Shown here piece after piece: positions 1-37,091 of a DNA stretch of 64,000 bases. The DNA comes from Zygnema circumcarinatum SAG 698-1b (lineage: Eukaryota; Plantae; Zygnematophyceae), in the NCBI GenBank assembly GCA_037447605.1, contig CM074804.1:1116001-1180000 (forward strand). The letters run 5' to 3'. The stretch's first letter is position 1. Each line of letters opens with the position of its first letter. Made by a program: the position numbers and the translations under genes. The notes under the pieces were generated by a model, which searched no databases, was not told the origin of the DNA, and saw only the letters and a list, made by a program, of their open reading frames with translations.

Positions 1-547
1 AAATCCCCTTTTCTTTTGTCGCACATTGTTGGAAGTCAATAGTGAAAAGGAGAAAACGAGGGGATGGAATGTCCAAAAAATGATGAGGAGGGGGAATGAA
101 ACAAACAGGCTTCCTATAAAGTTCGAACTCGGCACATCCCGGTACCAACCCATAAACACTACCGTTAAAGGGCAACCGTGGATATAAACGAACGACCATA
201 CATTTAATTTTATAGCGTTTCGCAACAGGGGCCAGCGGAGGGGACGAAAGGGGCGGGAAAAAGATTTTTTCCCGAAATATTCAAAACTGGGGGGTAACCA
301 AAACGGGCAGGCAAAATTTTCAAAACGGGGGTGCGAAAGACAAAACGCGGGGGTGCAGTAGAGTTACCCAAGATAAGGGCGTACTGTACTTTTTGTCAGG
401 CGCGCACTTTTGCAGCGCCGTACGGACGGATTCGTCAGGGCAAGCGAGCGAGAGGGGGGGAGAGAGGGGGAGGGAGAGGGAGAGAGGGAGAGAGGGAGAG
501 AGGGAGAGAGGGCGAGAGGGAGAGAGAGAGAGGGAGAGGGAGAGAGA

Positions 548-9223
<8,676 letters not shown>

Positions 9224-10706
9224 GAGAGGGAGAGAGACACAGAGAGAGTGAGAGAGTGTGTGTGAGAGAGCAAGATTGAGAGATTGTGAGAGTGAGATTG
9301 TGTGTGTGAGAGAGAGGGAGAGAGAAGGAGAAGGAATCGTGAGAAAGGACTTCATTCCCTCGAGCACCACATATCGTTTAGGCTGCAGATACGACAAGAG
9401 CCAATGAAACCATGGACGGAAAAGTAAAGCCTGCTTCTTCTCCGGCCAGCAAGGGTCTGCTCGTCAGGGCTAGGGCGTAGGCAGGGTCTATGAGAATATA
9501 AGACATCTAGGTGTTTAGGGGTTTGAGGATTTTTAGGCTTTTAGGGAGGCGTGGTTAAGGTCTGGATTTGGGCATTTGCTTGCCCTCTTGTATATACCAT
9601 GTTCGTTTTCAGGCCTTATTACTATTGCCCTTAGTTTGGCGTCCTCCCCTGGTTGTGTCATCGAGCGGGGCCCTCCTCCCTGCCCTCTCGCCCTTCCTTC
9701 TCCCTCTCTCTCTCCCTCTCTCTCTCCCTCTCTCTCTCCCTCTCCCTCTCTCTCTCCCTCTCCCTCTCTCTGTCCTTCACATTCTACTCTCCTCTGGCCG
9801 CATTCGCCCTCTTCATCTCCCTCCCGCCGCCTTCGCCGCCCCGCTCCCCAATTCCCAATCCACCCTCCCTCCTCGCTGAGGTCATATACGCTACAAATGA
9901 CCCCCCCCCCCTCCTCTCTCCCTCTCCCTCTCTCTTCCGTCCTCCCACTCCACTGCCCCTCTCAATTCGCTACTTTCCATTGCTTACTTTTGAACTGGCG
10001 TCCATCGACCACGACAGCCCCTGTGGCACACGTTAATTATGAATACTTTCAAAAAGTCAAAGAACTTTTATCTTTCTTCCCATGATATGTTACATAGTAG
10101 CCGCATCGAGACTCACAGGGCATGTCAAATGGTATGGCGAAACTTATTTACCTACTGTGTTTAGTCTTTTTAAGTCAGTTCTTACTCATGTTAAGGAATT
10201 ACTTGGTATTTAGACTATGGCCAGAGCTTCTCTTTAGTAATTAGGAACAAGTCACGCTTTTGCAGCTACTAGAGTCGGGGTGCTAGGAATGGCTCCAGCT
10301 ATCATTTCACAACGAGCCAAATTCCACGGAAGGGAACAAAATATGGAAAGTGGCTCTGAACATTTTTTTAATAAAATGTAGAGATCCAATAGGAACTCTT
10401 AAATGAGCTGACCTCTGCCTACTCATAGTCGTCACACTCTATCCCTCAGTCAGCTCGTCCCTCACATCGCTGTGCTCCATGGCCCCTCTCTCCCTCTGCT
10501 TCTCCCTCTCATCCTCCCTGTCCGCCCTTTTCCTTCTCTCATCTCACTTGCCTGCAATTCTGTTCCTCACTTGACTTCGTCTCTCGCCTCTCTCACTCTC
10601 GCGCGCGCTGCCACGCAGCTCTCGTTCTTTCTCAATCACCCTCTACTTCCAACTAATGCTACCCAGCCGTTTGATCGCATCTCTCTGTACCAAACTCATC
10701 TTATAC

Positions 10707-12698
10707 TTACGCAGTGGCAGGCTCAGCCCCTTCCACTAGCGGCTCGGATGAGTACCAACCCAAGGCAATGTTCACCGCCCTCTTCGCCCTTGCAAGGCGT
10801 GACTTGCGTCGCGCCCCCTTGTTGGCATGGATGGTTCCGACCTTCACGGACTTATCGATGATCCGATAAGCCTCCGCAATCAGCTTCTCCACTGGCTCAA
10901 GCTGCTCAGGAGAAGGTGAGGGAGAGGCTTTTAGGGCATCCAGAGCCAGAAAGGCCTGCAAACACATCCAACATAGATCAGGTCAAGACACGATCTACGT
11001 TACTGTTCCGTTAATGATAACGGCTTCGCAGGATTGTGCCGCAAATGGAAGGGCAGAATCATAAGATGTCGCAAGATGCTGTGACAAATGATGATATGAC
11101 AAATGACGACAAATGATGTTATGAAACCCTAAAACAGAAAAGTTAGAACGCTTCAGAGGAGAGCATTCGTAACGACGGTTTTTCGGTCAGACGGTTTTTC
11201 CACATACTTTCTTCATCCGAGTTGACATCTCGGATTTCCTCGACTTGTGATAAATTCTCTTAACTTCTGCCTGCTTTGCTCTCTTCTCCACAGTCGGAAG
11301 CTTCTTCGGTGCTTTCTTTGCCTTGTCGTCGGCTGCCACGATTACAGCAGGAGAGCGACCAGTCGCAGCTCTCCTCTTGGATCCTGCAAATGAAAGGAAA
11401 AAACGGAAAAGCCAAGGAAAAATTATGATAGTGTAGAGTGTACCTACAGAAAGCAAAGCAGCGGAAGTTAACATACATGGATGCATCAAAATGGGTGGGT
11501 TAACCCTAATTCTGCATTCTGTACTTGCACCCTACGACGCCCCCTCAACCCCACCAAGATGCGCTTCAAATATTCCTCCTTTAGAACCCTTCAAATCTAC
11601 ACAAGGCTCAAACACAAAACCTCCTTCCTATCCCTTCTGGGTTTCATCGCATTCAAATTAACCCAAATTGAGCAGAAATTGTGGAGAATGAGCAAGGATG
11701 GAGACGATAGACCCTTTCTTAAAACTACTGTTCACCAAGTTCACGAATTCTCAATGCAAATTGTCTACAAGCTGCATGCATATTGCATATACGAATACAC
11801 CTTTACAATCTGATCATATGGATATCTGCTCGTGTATCCTCCTGTCAAACCAGCAATGTCTCCCTTCAAGAAGCAATGCTTCTGATAAATTAAAAGACAT
11901 CCAAATCTGTACATTGGGCCCTCTTGCCGCCATTCATCACCATGTATCGAAATTCGGGTGCATCCTAAGTACGTTAAGGGTAGGCAGACACGAGAGAGGT
12001 GTGCAAAAGCAGCTCCTCTCCATCTCCTGTTCCCTATCACCTCATTCTCCATCCCTCTCCTCTCCACGCCTCTCCCTCCTCTCCCCCTCTCTCTCTCTCT
12101 CTCTATCTCTCTCACACTCTCTCTCCCCTTATCTAGCTTCCTCTTCCGTCCTCTCGACCTCTCTCCCGCCTCTCTATCACATTCATCTCTTCCTCCCCTC
12201 CTCTCTCTCCCTCAATTCCGCTCTCCGTCCCTTCCTCCCACTCCCAACAACTCTCTCTCTCGCTCCCTCCCCTCTCCTCCCTATCCCCTCTCTCCCTCCC
12301 ATTTCCCTTTCTCTCCCTTCCGCTCTCTCTCTCTCATTCCCCACCCCGTCCCTTTCCAACCCTCCCTCCATCTCTTTCTCCCTCCCTCCCATCCCTGAAC
12401 CCCCCTCAACCAAACAGTTAAGGACCTGCATCCTAGACATCCCAATCCATGGCGGGGTTCAGCGCCGCCCACCTGTCGACAGTTCCACTCCGCAGAAAGA
12501 CGACGTCAAGAAGGAGAGGCTCCCTGTGGCAGACGACCGGCTCGACAGAAACTGCGAGCGCATAGAAACGCCCGAGGAAACGCTAGAGGGAGAAGAGAGA
12601 GAAGAGCACGAAGCTGCCGTCCAGGGCTCCCTCCGCCTCTCGCAAAGGGAGAGGCTTGAGAAAGACTGTAAAGTCGCCTTAGCCACAGTGGCGGCCAT
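10707..12698 (-). CDS. PRPS20: Plastid 30S ribosomal protein S20 precursor (3 exons)
   Basis: Exons 12698-12473 (MAATVAKATLQSFSSLS..., Ser-rich transit peptide), 11383-11208 (KRAKQAEVKRIYHKSRKSEMSTRMKK) and 10955-10707 (AYRIIDKSVKVGTIHANKGARRKSRL, TAA). These carry bS20 motifs and the GT-AG phases are consistent. Confidence 0.93.
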
Positions 12699-13847
12699 GG
12701 TTTCTTCTCTCTCAAAATTCCCTAGCTTCTCCTGATAATTCGCTTTCTTCGAAGCCCTCCTGCAGCGGCTATGGCTGCCGCAAGCTCCTGCAAAAGGAAG
12801 GCGTAGGGCGGCTCTCCGCGCGCCACGTGGCGTCTCTTTTGCCGCTACGGCGAGGGAAAAGGATGAGAGGGTGTATGCTGGGGCCCTCTTACATACATGT
12901 ACGAATATGAAGGAAATGATTACATACGCATACGAATAGTGGAAATCCTGTACGAATATGTGAAATATGTCGCAGAAAGTACTTTTTCGTACGAGTGAAG
13001 TACGGCAGGGTTTTTTGGAAAGGGCAGAGCAGGTAGGGTTTGGAATCAACGGCGGAGAGCGATTCAGGGGTTTGAAATTGACGGTGGGGAGGCGGCGGGG
13101 TTTGAAATCTTGGATGTGTACGGAGAAACAGCTAGCGAGAGCGAATTAGAATGGGCCACGTATTGGGTAAGGAGGGATGAGATTTATCTGATTGGAAAAA
13201 AATGGGAATCTTTCGATCGACGGCTGAGATTGGCCGATGGGGTAATTCGACGGTTTGGATCAGACCATTGGAAGCACAAATCCGACAGGGTCTCAACTGC
13301 ACTGGTCGGCGATTTTTCATTGGACTGGACCGAGCCCATTTCTATGTCTAGAAAATTTGAAGCCCGTTCGCAGTTCAGTTACCGTGGCCTATAACGGAAG
13401 CAAAATTCAACAGCTCACCACGTCGGACATGACTTTCGTGTACGTGGCACTCTAATTGGCCGTGGCAGCTCCATGGAAAACCCTACCTAATGCTCTGGTG
13501 ATGGCTGTGACAGAAAGTGAACCTTCCTTCACAGTAATCTACACAATTACATTGTGCTTTTTGGAAAAAGCGAAGTTTGATGATAATTTAAACAGTTTAA
13601 AAAAACATCAATCAGTTTTTCCTTTGAAGGAGCTGTAATTTTAGTGTCATTTACTTTCGGGGATATGTTCCATAGTATCATACTGTGATATACTGTACCG
13701 CATTACACTCAATAGTATGTAACATATCACATCCCCATAATCCACAAAACAAATAAAGAAATCATTTCTACGATGTTAAAGCATGGAAATGATGAACACA
13801 GTCATAAACATTTTGATATCCATCCAGAATGAAGAGCAAAGCATCCC

Positions 13848-14684
13848 TCAGTCCTTCCAGGCCTTCACCAGGAGCAGCAGCATCTGGAAGACCTGCAGGA
13901 CCATCTCGCATGCCATTCTCGTGGAAGCTGCAGAAATCGCCGCCATTTCCACCTCACTCTGCTGCTGCTGCTGCAGTTTAAATTCCAAAAACTGCATCAT
14001 AATCTGTTGATGAAACGCTCCCTCCCCATCCTCCTCCCTCCACTTCCTCTTCCTCCCCTCCTTCCTCGGCATGACTCCGAGAAGAGTGTTTACTTCCTGA
14101 AGCTCTTGACGAGCTTCAGAAATCAGGGCTTCAAGATCGCCAGTAGAAGGGTGTTCCAAGAAGCGGCCCAATGCTTTGAATACTGCTTCGTTGAAGAAAC
14201 CGACGATCTTGACAGCGCTCTGCTGTACTGAATCAAAGTTCCAACATTCAGAATGAGGTTGTTCCTGCATGTAAAGTTGTATTCTCCTGTAATTCAGCAA
14301 TAGGTTCCTCCACTTTTTGCAACATTGCGCCTCAGACTTCACAACACCTTCACCGGCAAGCGACTTCACCAACCTTCTCCATTTCTCAATCACAGAGAGA
14401 ATTACATTTTCAGATCCCTTTATGGAGTTGTTTACGAAAATGTCGTCATTTCTAGCTTCACAGGATTGTTCACAATGTTCTGTGGAATTTCCTACTTCCG
14501 TTGCCTGCAGACGCTCCGTAATCTTTGCTGTCACAAGTAGCAGGCATTCTTGTTCCGTCCAGCTGCAGAACACCCTCCCCCTCTTCACCCCTCTGCCTGC
14601 AAAGCTCATATCACAACTGTTTGATTGCTGAGAGCCGCTATCTTCTGCTCGCTCCTGCAAACATTTCAATTCCTGAGCAGCCAT
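13848..14684 (-). CDS. Intronless Myb/SANT-like (trihelix GT-type) DNA-binding protein, 278 aa
   Basis: Single ORF with WTEQECLLL...KWRRLVKSLAGEGVVKSEAQCCKKWRNLLLNYRRI (three-Trp trihelix signature), a basic NLS (RKEGRKRKWR) and a C-terminal helical Q/E/M-rich region. Confidence 0.8.
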   Translation of the reverse strand: MAAQELKCLQERAEDSGSQQSNSCDMSFAGRGVKRGRVFCSWTEQECLLLVTAKITERLQATEVGNSTEHCEQSCEARNDDIFVNNSIKGSENVILSVIEKWRRLVKSLAGEGVVKSEAQCCKKWRNLLLNYRRIQLYMQEQPHSECWNFDSVQQSAVKIVGFFNEAVFKALGRFLEHPSTGDLEALISEARQELQEVNTLLGVMPRKEGRKRKWREEDGEGAFHQQIMMQFLEFKLQQQQQSEVEMAAISAASTRMACEMVLQVFQMLLLLVKAWKD

Positions 14685-15213
14685 GGCTCGGAATTAACTA
14701 CTCCAAAAACTTGACTCAAACTGGTGAATGTTTTGCAGTTCCTCAAATTGATACAGCACCATGTATTGTACACAAAAATGAACAGAGTAAACAGAAACAC
14801 TGCAATTCCTTTCCTCCTTCGGATTGGGCTCACGAGCGCGGCCGTACAGTGCAGAGCAGCACGTGCGCACCGTTCGTACGGTGAAAAAAAAAGCTGAACC
14901 AACTCCCTCCAAGAATGTTTGAAACCATACCGCACTGTAGTCTAAGCAGCGAGTACTCTCTAGAAATGAAGTCACATGTCCACTTTTCATTTCTACGTTT
15001 GTGAGCATCATCAGTTCGGAGCGAAGGAGGTATTAGGGTTTCTACTCAACATCTGTTTCCACGTTTATTGCTCATTTATTTCAGTTTTTTAACAGGTGAT
15101 GTCTTAAGAATAGTTATCACTGTCAATTTTTAGGATTTCTAGTGAAGGTTTAGTGGTGTTTGAGGGTTGGCTGAGGACCCTTTCCAGTTTTTAGGGTTTA
15201 AGGGGGAAGAAGT

Positions 15214-16980
<1,767 letters not shown>

Positions 16981-17444
16981 TTCCAATTGTGAACAAATCT
17001 CACTTATTGTACATAAAGACTTTGGAAGTGCACGTGTCTCAAATATGTCTTGATCGAGGTTGCATGCACAGAACTTCGGTACCTTCATGTGCTCTATGTG
17101 GCAATTATAGGTCATTCATTGAACTCACAAAACTGCTTCTAATAACTGATTTCACTTCAGGTGCAACCACTATTTTTTTTTTTGAAGTCTTGCGAGTCTG
17201 CAAGAGGAGTATATACAGCAGCCAATTACCGTTGAACTGTTCACATATTTAACCAATAATTGAGAGATCTGTGTCCCCTGTCCTTGGAGCAACCAAGGCC
17301 TACACGCCTTCCTCTTCCAATACTAAAACCACTTTTTTCACCTAAAAAGCACACCACCAATGAACTATCTCCAAACCCTCCATATCTCGACAACAACAAC
17401 AACAGTTAAAATACAAAGACTAATTCCTGTTCCCACTAAGCCAC

Positions 17445-26258
<8,814 letters not shown>

Positions 26259-26630
26259 GGCCGCCACGAGGCGTCGAGCGGGCAGGATCCTCAAATGTGG
26301 ATTTTTTTAAGCGCAAAATTTTAGTGCATTCAGCCAGCGGGCAGGAAACATACACTTTAAAATATAAATAAATTGCAGATTAGGGGCCATTGCGCGACGG
26401 AGCCAGGCCGGCTGCGCATGTTTTCGAGGCCAATGCCAATTCGCGTCCTCTCTTTTTGCAAGGAAGAGGAAGTCAGCGAGTTGCCCCGTCGATAGTATTT
26501 GCAAAGTTGGTCCTCCTGAGTGTACGGCTCTGGAACGTTAAGTTGCCATCGGCCGTCCACGTCGACTGAAAATCGGATTTAAAAAGATAAAAATAATTTA
26601 TACAAATAATTTAAAAAAAGTCAGTATGCA

Positions 26631-26703
26631 GGTTCCGTGGCCCAATGGATAAGGCGCTGGTCTACGAAACCAGAGATTCTGGGTTCGATCCCCAGCGGAA
26701 TCG
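26631..26703 (+). tRNA. trnR-ACG: tRNA-Arg (anticodon ACG), copy 1
   Basis: 73 nt GGTTCCG...CGGAATCG cloverleaf with A box (TGGCCCAATGG), anticodon arm CTGGT-CTACGAA-ACCAG and T loop GTTCGATC; T6 terminator at 26704-26709. Confidence 0.95.
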
Positions 26704-27010
26704 TTTTTTGCCACCACCGCTGCGCAGCAACTACGGCGAGTTCTCTCGCCTCGCGAAAGCGGGAGGGGGAACTACGTAGAGCGCGGGAGCCAGCCTGCCC
26801 GAAAAATAATGTTGGAGCTTCCCGGACGCTGGCGGGTCCGGTTAGCCCATTTTGTTGTTTTCGGGCGAGACCCCAATTTGGAGGGAGGGGTCCATTCAAC
26901 GCCCCGTCTGCCTCTGCGAGATGATGACGTCGGCAAGTTGGATGAACCACGTCAGCAAAAGCGGGGATGTTGAAAAAGTACAATAATGTACATTATGCTA
27001 AGGTCAGATG

Positions 27011-27083
27011 CGATTCCGCTGGGGATCGAACCCAGAATCTCTGGTTTCGTAGACCAGCGCCTTATCCATTGGGCCACGGAACC
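27011..27083 (-). tRNA. trnR-ACG: tRNA-Arg (anticodon ACG), copy 2, identical to copy 1
   Basis: The reverse complement of 27011-27083 equals 26631-26703; a T5 run on the minus strand lies at 26977-26973. Confidence 0.95.
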
Positions 27084-27451
27084 GGGTTGACACAGTCATC
27101 GTGAGCCTAAATATGAAAACATATTTTTACTATTTAAATTTATCCACAAATTACAACATATAATTAAGTTTCCTAAAATTGCGGTGCGATGCGCCCTTGC
27201 AATCATGCAGTGAATGGAGTTAAATCTGAACGCGATGAACGGGCGAGTTAATCTTTCATCTTTAGTCACTCCGCCTCAAATTCCAAATGGCGAGAACTTT
27301 AAGAACCCACTCTGAACCACCCCCCAAGGGCACTCAAGCTGGGCAAGGGAATCGCGGTTTAAATCAAACCATTTATTATTCACGCCAAGGAGGACAAAAC
27401 AAACGCACATCTCCGCACGGCCCAAAAGTTCCTCTCTCTCCTCCCTTCACC

Positions 27452-30103
27452 TCAAAACTCAAGAGCCACTACCTTGCCTTCTACCAGGGCACTACCTCTA
27501 CTCGCTCCCTCCAAAAACAGATGAGCCCCATCCTCCTCAATGTCAACTACCACCTCTACAAACCTAGCGTTGTTCCATGCCTCTGTTAGATCCTCCGTTC
27601 CGTCCTCATACACGAACACACTACACAAATATCTTCCTTTTTTAGGGGGCTGGTTCAAAAAATTGCTCTGAGGAACGACTAGTTTCTGTATGGGTTTTCT
27701 GAGGGCGGAGCTCCCTCCTCCCTGCTCCCACTCCTCCCCTCCCACACCCCCCGGTAATGAGAAGACCAGTCGATACCTTCGTCCTAAAAGCCGAGCTACT
27801 GTCTCCATGTCCCCACATGCTAACTCCCTCCTCACTCGAGATGATGACACCTGTCTCCCTTCTTCTCCTCCACTACCACATTCTCCTCTCTCCCTACCCC
27901 CTTCCCTCCCTACACACTTCTCACCTTCGATCTCCTTTATCTCCTCACTCTCTTTGATCGCTTTACTACTTCTCCGTTCAGTTGCTGTTCCATCACTACA
28001 TGGAACATCGAGAACTGGGTCCACAATGTGAACAAGGAGGCCGTGTTTTCGGCTGAGACGCTCCAAATCTTCTGCAGTTCCCTGTGCCCGATATCCAAAC
28101 CGATAATTTTCGCCTGCCCGAGAAAGAAGGTCACATGGGTCAAAATAAAATATGTGAGATAAGGGTAGAGGGGGGAAGGAGAGAGAGGAAAGGAAGGGCG
28201 GGCAGGAGAGAGAGAAAAGAGGACCGGTAATGGTAGTGAAGGAGGGGAGAGAGAGAGACACGGGAGAGTGGGGGAAGGAGAATACAGGGGAAGAGGGAAA
28301 GGAAGACGGAAAAAGAAAGGGGGAGAGAGAATATAGGAGTGGAGAGAGTGGGGAAAAGAGTCATAGGAGAAAACCAGGGTATGCAGGAAAAATTATGCGA
28401 ATGAGGGAATGCGACAGAAAGAGGGAAATAGCGTCAGTACAAGAGAGCGAGAGAGGAAGAAAAAAAAGAAAACGAAAGAAAAAGGAAAGAAGAAAGAAGG
28501 AAAGAAAGGAAGAAAGAAAGTGTTAGCTGGAATGCAACAGTGAAAGTGAATTGAAGTATGCCGAATGAAAAACCGCGAAAGAAAGCGGGAATGAGATTCA
28601 ACGAAAGTGAGCGAGAAAGAAGAGAGAGACAGAGAGAGAGACAGAGAGAGAGACAGAGACAGAGAGAGAGAGAGAGAGAGGCAACCACCTGCCACGACCC
28701 CCTTGACCCGCAGGTCCTCCTTGAGCAGCTGCACGAAGGCCTCCGCGGTGAGTCCCCTCACTGTCCGGAAGGCGAGCCTCGCCTCCCTCGCGGGCCACCC
28801 CCCCAGCACGCGCGGCCGGTCGGGCGGGGCCACCAGCGGCAGCCTGCCCCGTGGGGCGGGGCGGGGCGGGGCTTGGCTTCTCTACTCGGCCTCACTCTAT
28901 TCACTCGGTCTTCACTTATGCATTCGATAGGAATGTGAGGGTTGGTGGGTTGTTTGTTTGGTTTTGTTTGGTTATTCGTTCATTTGTTTGTGTATCTAGG
29001 CATTTTCGGGCATGAACTGATTGTTGGAGAGAGGGAGGGGAAGGGGCAAGGGGAGAGCAAGGGGGAGGGAGAGGGGAGGGATTGGCATTGTTAGTGGGGG
29101 GGGGGTTGAAGCTGTGAAGGTCAAATCCCGTGTGGGAGGGAGAGAGAGAACGAGGGGTGGGGACGGAGAGGAAAGTACGAGGGACGGAACTGGAAGGTGC
29201 GATGGGTGTGAAGCGGAAGCGTGAGGTGGGGACAGCGAGGGGCGGAGAGGATAGATGGGCAGGGAATGAGAGAGAGCGCAATAGAGAACGCGCGCGGAAG
29301 AGACAGGGAGAGAGAGAGCGCGAAAGAGAGAGCGAGAGAAAGAGCACCTGGGCTCCCAGCCGAGCACCTCCGCCATGCCGTCGAAGGAGAGCATCCATGG
29401 CGGGCCCAAGCGCGCCGCGGCCTCCGCCAGCGCGCGGTGCCCCAAATGCAGCGCGTCGAACTTCCCCAGCGCCGCCACGCCGCCTGCAGCACACAGGGAA
29501 GGGTTCAGGGGCAGGGGACAGGGGGGTTCCTAACCCTAAAATCATGAAGACTTTGACGATCCTGAACCCTAACCCTACAAGCCCCCAAGACCCTAACTAG
29601 CCGAAAAGCCGTAGGATTCGCAAAAGCGTTCAGAAGTTACCTTTGATGTCGGCATTCAACTCTGCCCTTTCTAGCGACGCCTTGCACGGGGAAGAAATAA
29701 TTCCACTTTGGGACCTTTTTTCAAAAGGCTTCCTGCCCGTAGTTTGGAATCCTTCGTCCCGACTGCTTCCCAACAAAGGGCAGAAGGAAAAATATTTCCT
29801 TTGGGAAATTTCTGCGTGGCCTGTCAGAAAAATCATAACAGAACAGTTGAGGGTTTTAGGGTTTGAGGAGAATAACTTTTTAGGGTTTGGAAGTTTCGCC
29901 CGACATTGAAATCTGCAGAACATTAGGGTCAGGGGTTAGGGATCAGATTGCAGGTAAGGAATTTTTTTTAAGCTTACCGTGTTCCTGCCCGTTCCGTCTG
30001 CTGCGGTTTCCCCCGAGTCCGAGGCAGAGCGCCACGGGCAGCAAAAAATTGTCCTGGCTGCCCGGCGCATGGCTATGGCCATGGCCATGGCGGATGGGGG
30101 CAT
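27452..30103 (-). CDS. RIBF: Plastid-type FAD synthetase (FMN adenylyltransferase, RibF family)
   Basis: Exons encode [18 protein letters not shown] (HxGH nucleotidyltransferase motif), [32 protein letters not shown] and [28 protein letters not shown]. The C-terminal part is divergent with no PTAN kinase motif, as in plant RibF. N-terminal transit-like exons at ~30103-29998 and ~29765-29640. Confidence 0.85.
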
Positions 30104-30218
30104 GGCGCAAGGCCGCCATCGCTCCGCCCTCCCCAGCAAAAAGTTAGGGTTCAGAAACCGCAGACCTCAGTAAGGGTTTAGGCCGCGGCCTCAGAAAGGG
30201 CCGCAGGTGGGAGCATTG

Positions 30219-30254
30219 GACCAACCATTGGATGGCATTTCTCAATGGTTGGTC
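30219..30254. promoter_or_regulatory. Palindromic double CCAAT-like element in the ~350 bp bidirectional promoter between RIBF and LCIB-like 1
   Basis: GACCAACCATTG (30219-30230) and its exact reverse complement CAATGGTTGGTC (30243-30254), separated by 12 nt; further ATTGG/CCAAT motifs adjacent. Confidence 0.5.
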
Positions 30255-30449
30255 AACCAATTGTTGGTAAGTTCGGAACCGGAATCGACCGTACAGCGAC
30301 AGATCGGTCGTACGGTCGGTGCCCGACTGGATACGACGGAGCGGTCGGGCCCTCCAAAAACGGACGCGTGTCACATATCCCAATTTTTGGCTGTATTTGT
30401 CGGAACCTTCGAGGAAGGCCCGGGGTCGGGGAGGAGGGGGAGGGAGGCC

Positions 30450-35286
<4,837 letters not shown>

Positions 35287-37091
35287 TCGCTGTACAGATT
35301 GCAGGGGAGGGTTCAGGGGAGTAGGTGCGTTATGTTGAGTTGCTGTAACATATGGAGGAGCTTTCCGTGTTCATAGAAAAGGAGGAAATGGGTCAGTTTC
35401 TGTTTATCTTTTGCGACAAGTCTTATAGATGGACCAGCTCTATATAGGCGGTTGAAAATAGAACATTTGCTTATACAGTGGTTTGCTTATTGGGTCAAGT
35501 AGAAAGCGGATTGATTGGAAACGAAAAGTTGTATTGAAATGCTTAACGTATTTAGGAGGATTGATTGTTTTTCTTTTAAAAGAAAAGGACAGAAAAATGT
35601 AAAGATCTGTTTTTGTTCCCTTTTTTTAATGTATGAAACAAATTTTGAAGCTTATATTCCCCGTCGAGTGCAGCTTTTCCTTTCGTTTCCTTTGAGATGT
35701 GGGTGAGGGTGTGGGGGGCGAGAGCGAGGGAGGGAGTAAACAAAAACTAACACATTTCCTCCTGTGCACACGGAAAGCTCCGTCACATGTTATAGCAACT
35801 CCGCATAATGCACCTACTTCCCTGAACCCTCCCTTGTAATCTGTTCAGCGACTAACAGATGGCTGAGAAGCGTTTCCTCTCCCTTCCCGCCTCCCCCCCC
35901 TCCCTCCCTCCCTCCCTCCCTCCCTCCCTCCCTCCCTCCCTCCCTTCCTCCCTCCTACCTCCTCCTACCCTCCTTGGCGCTACATGGCGGTCGGAGCCGG
36001 GCTGCCGCTCTTTATTTTGAAGACATGCCAGAGTGGGAGAATTTTCAGCCTCTGTAGATGTTTTGGAAAAGCTCAACATATGTGAAAATTCTGAGAAGGA
36101 TATTCTCCTTTCTCTCAATTTCAAAAGTGTGAAATACTTAGGCTTTGAAAGGGACAGGTCTGGGCGCCATATCCAACTCCAACAACAAACAACATGCAAA
36201 GATTGGTCTCATGCACCGTAACAGCAGGACGGCGACATGTACAGTGAAGAATTTGACATCTCCAATATGCAAATTGACAACAATTCAACAGTGAAATGAA
36301 GGGAGCACAAAGTTGACAATTGAGAGTCTCGCTCGCATCTTTCAACCGAGAGAGAAACTAAGTGCGTGGCACGGAGGGTTTCACTTCGCGGCGGCACGGC
36401 GTGACGCGTGGCGGTAGCTCTGACACCACCGACCGACCGGTCTCGGCGCATTAATGCTCGGCGGCAGGGACAGCGCCAAATGTGTTCTGCTTGCCCCATC
36501 CGTGCGACGATCGCTTCGGATTAGTGGGTTGGATTCCGGGCAGCACTAAAAAACGTTTGGCTGCGGCAGACCGCGACGCTCGCGCCGCCCCTTCGTCGGG
36601 ACATTTCCTTGGCCGCGTTTGCACGCGCGCAGATGCGACACAAACAGGACTGTCCCTTGCCACGTGGCGTGTGTCGACTGGTGTTCTGCGGATGGGATGA
36701 CGTGGTCGGGCAGCGAAACGTCGCGAGACTCGTGACAGGGCCCACTTGTCGATGACGTCATCTGCCGGAAATTCGGCGCCAGCACCACACGCGTGGTAGA
36801 TGCGCACGTGCGGTCCGAGATAAGGAATTCAGACCAATCAAGACGCGCCACAAAGACGTTTATTTTTCCACCTGGCGCGCTGACATTGAATCTCCGCGAT
36901 TCTGGGAAAGATGGAACGCCAATTGTCAGGGTCGCCTCGCGTGCTCTCTATCACTCTCGCTCTCTCTCACTCTCTCTCACTCTCTGGCGCTTCAGTCTCT
37001 GGGGGAAACTGAGGGGGATAGGGTAGGCCTACGAGAGGAACCAGGCGTATCTATCAGTTAGGGTTTTGAAATTCTTGCAAGGCTTCAAGCC

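Noticed and set aside
11698-12735. 345-aa plus-strand ORF
   Set aside because: Antisense to PRPS20 exon 1 and intron 1 and largely a CT low-complexity translation.
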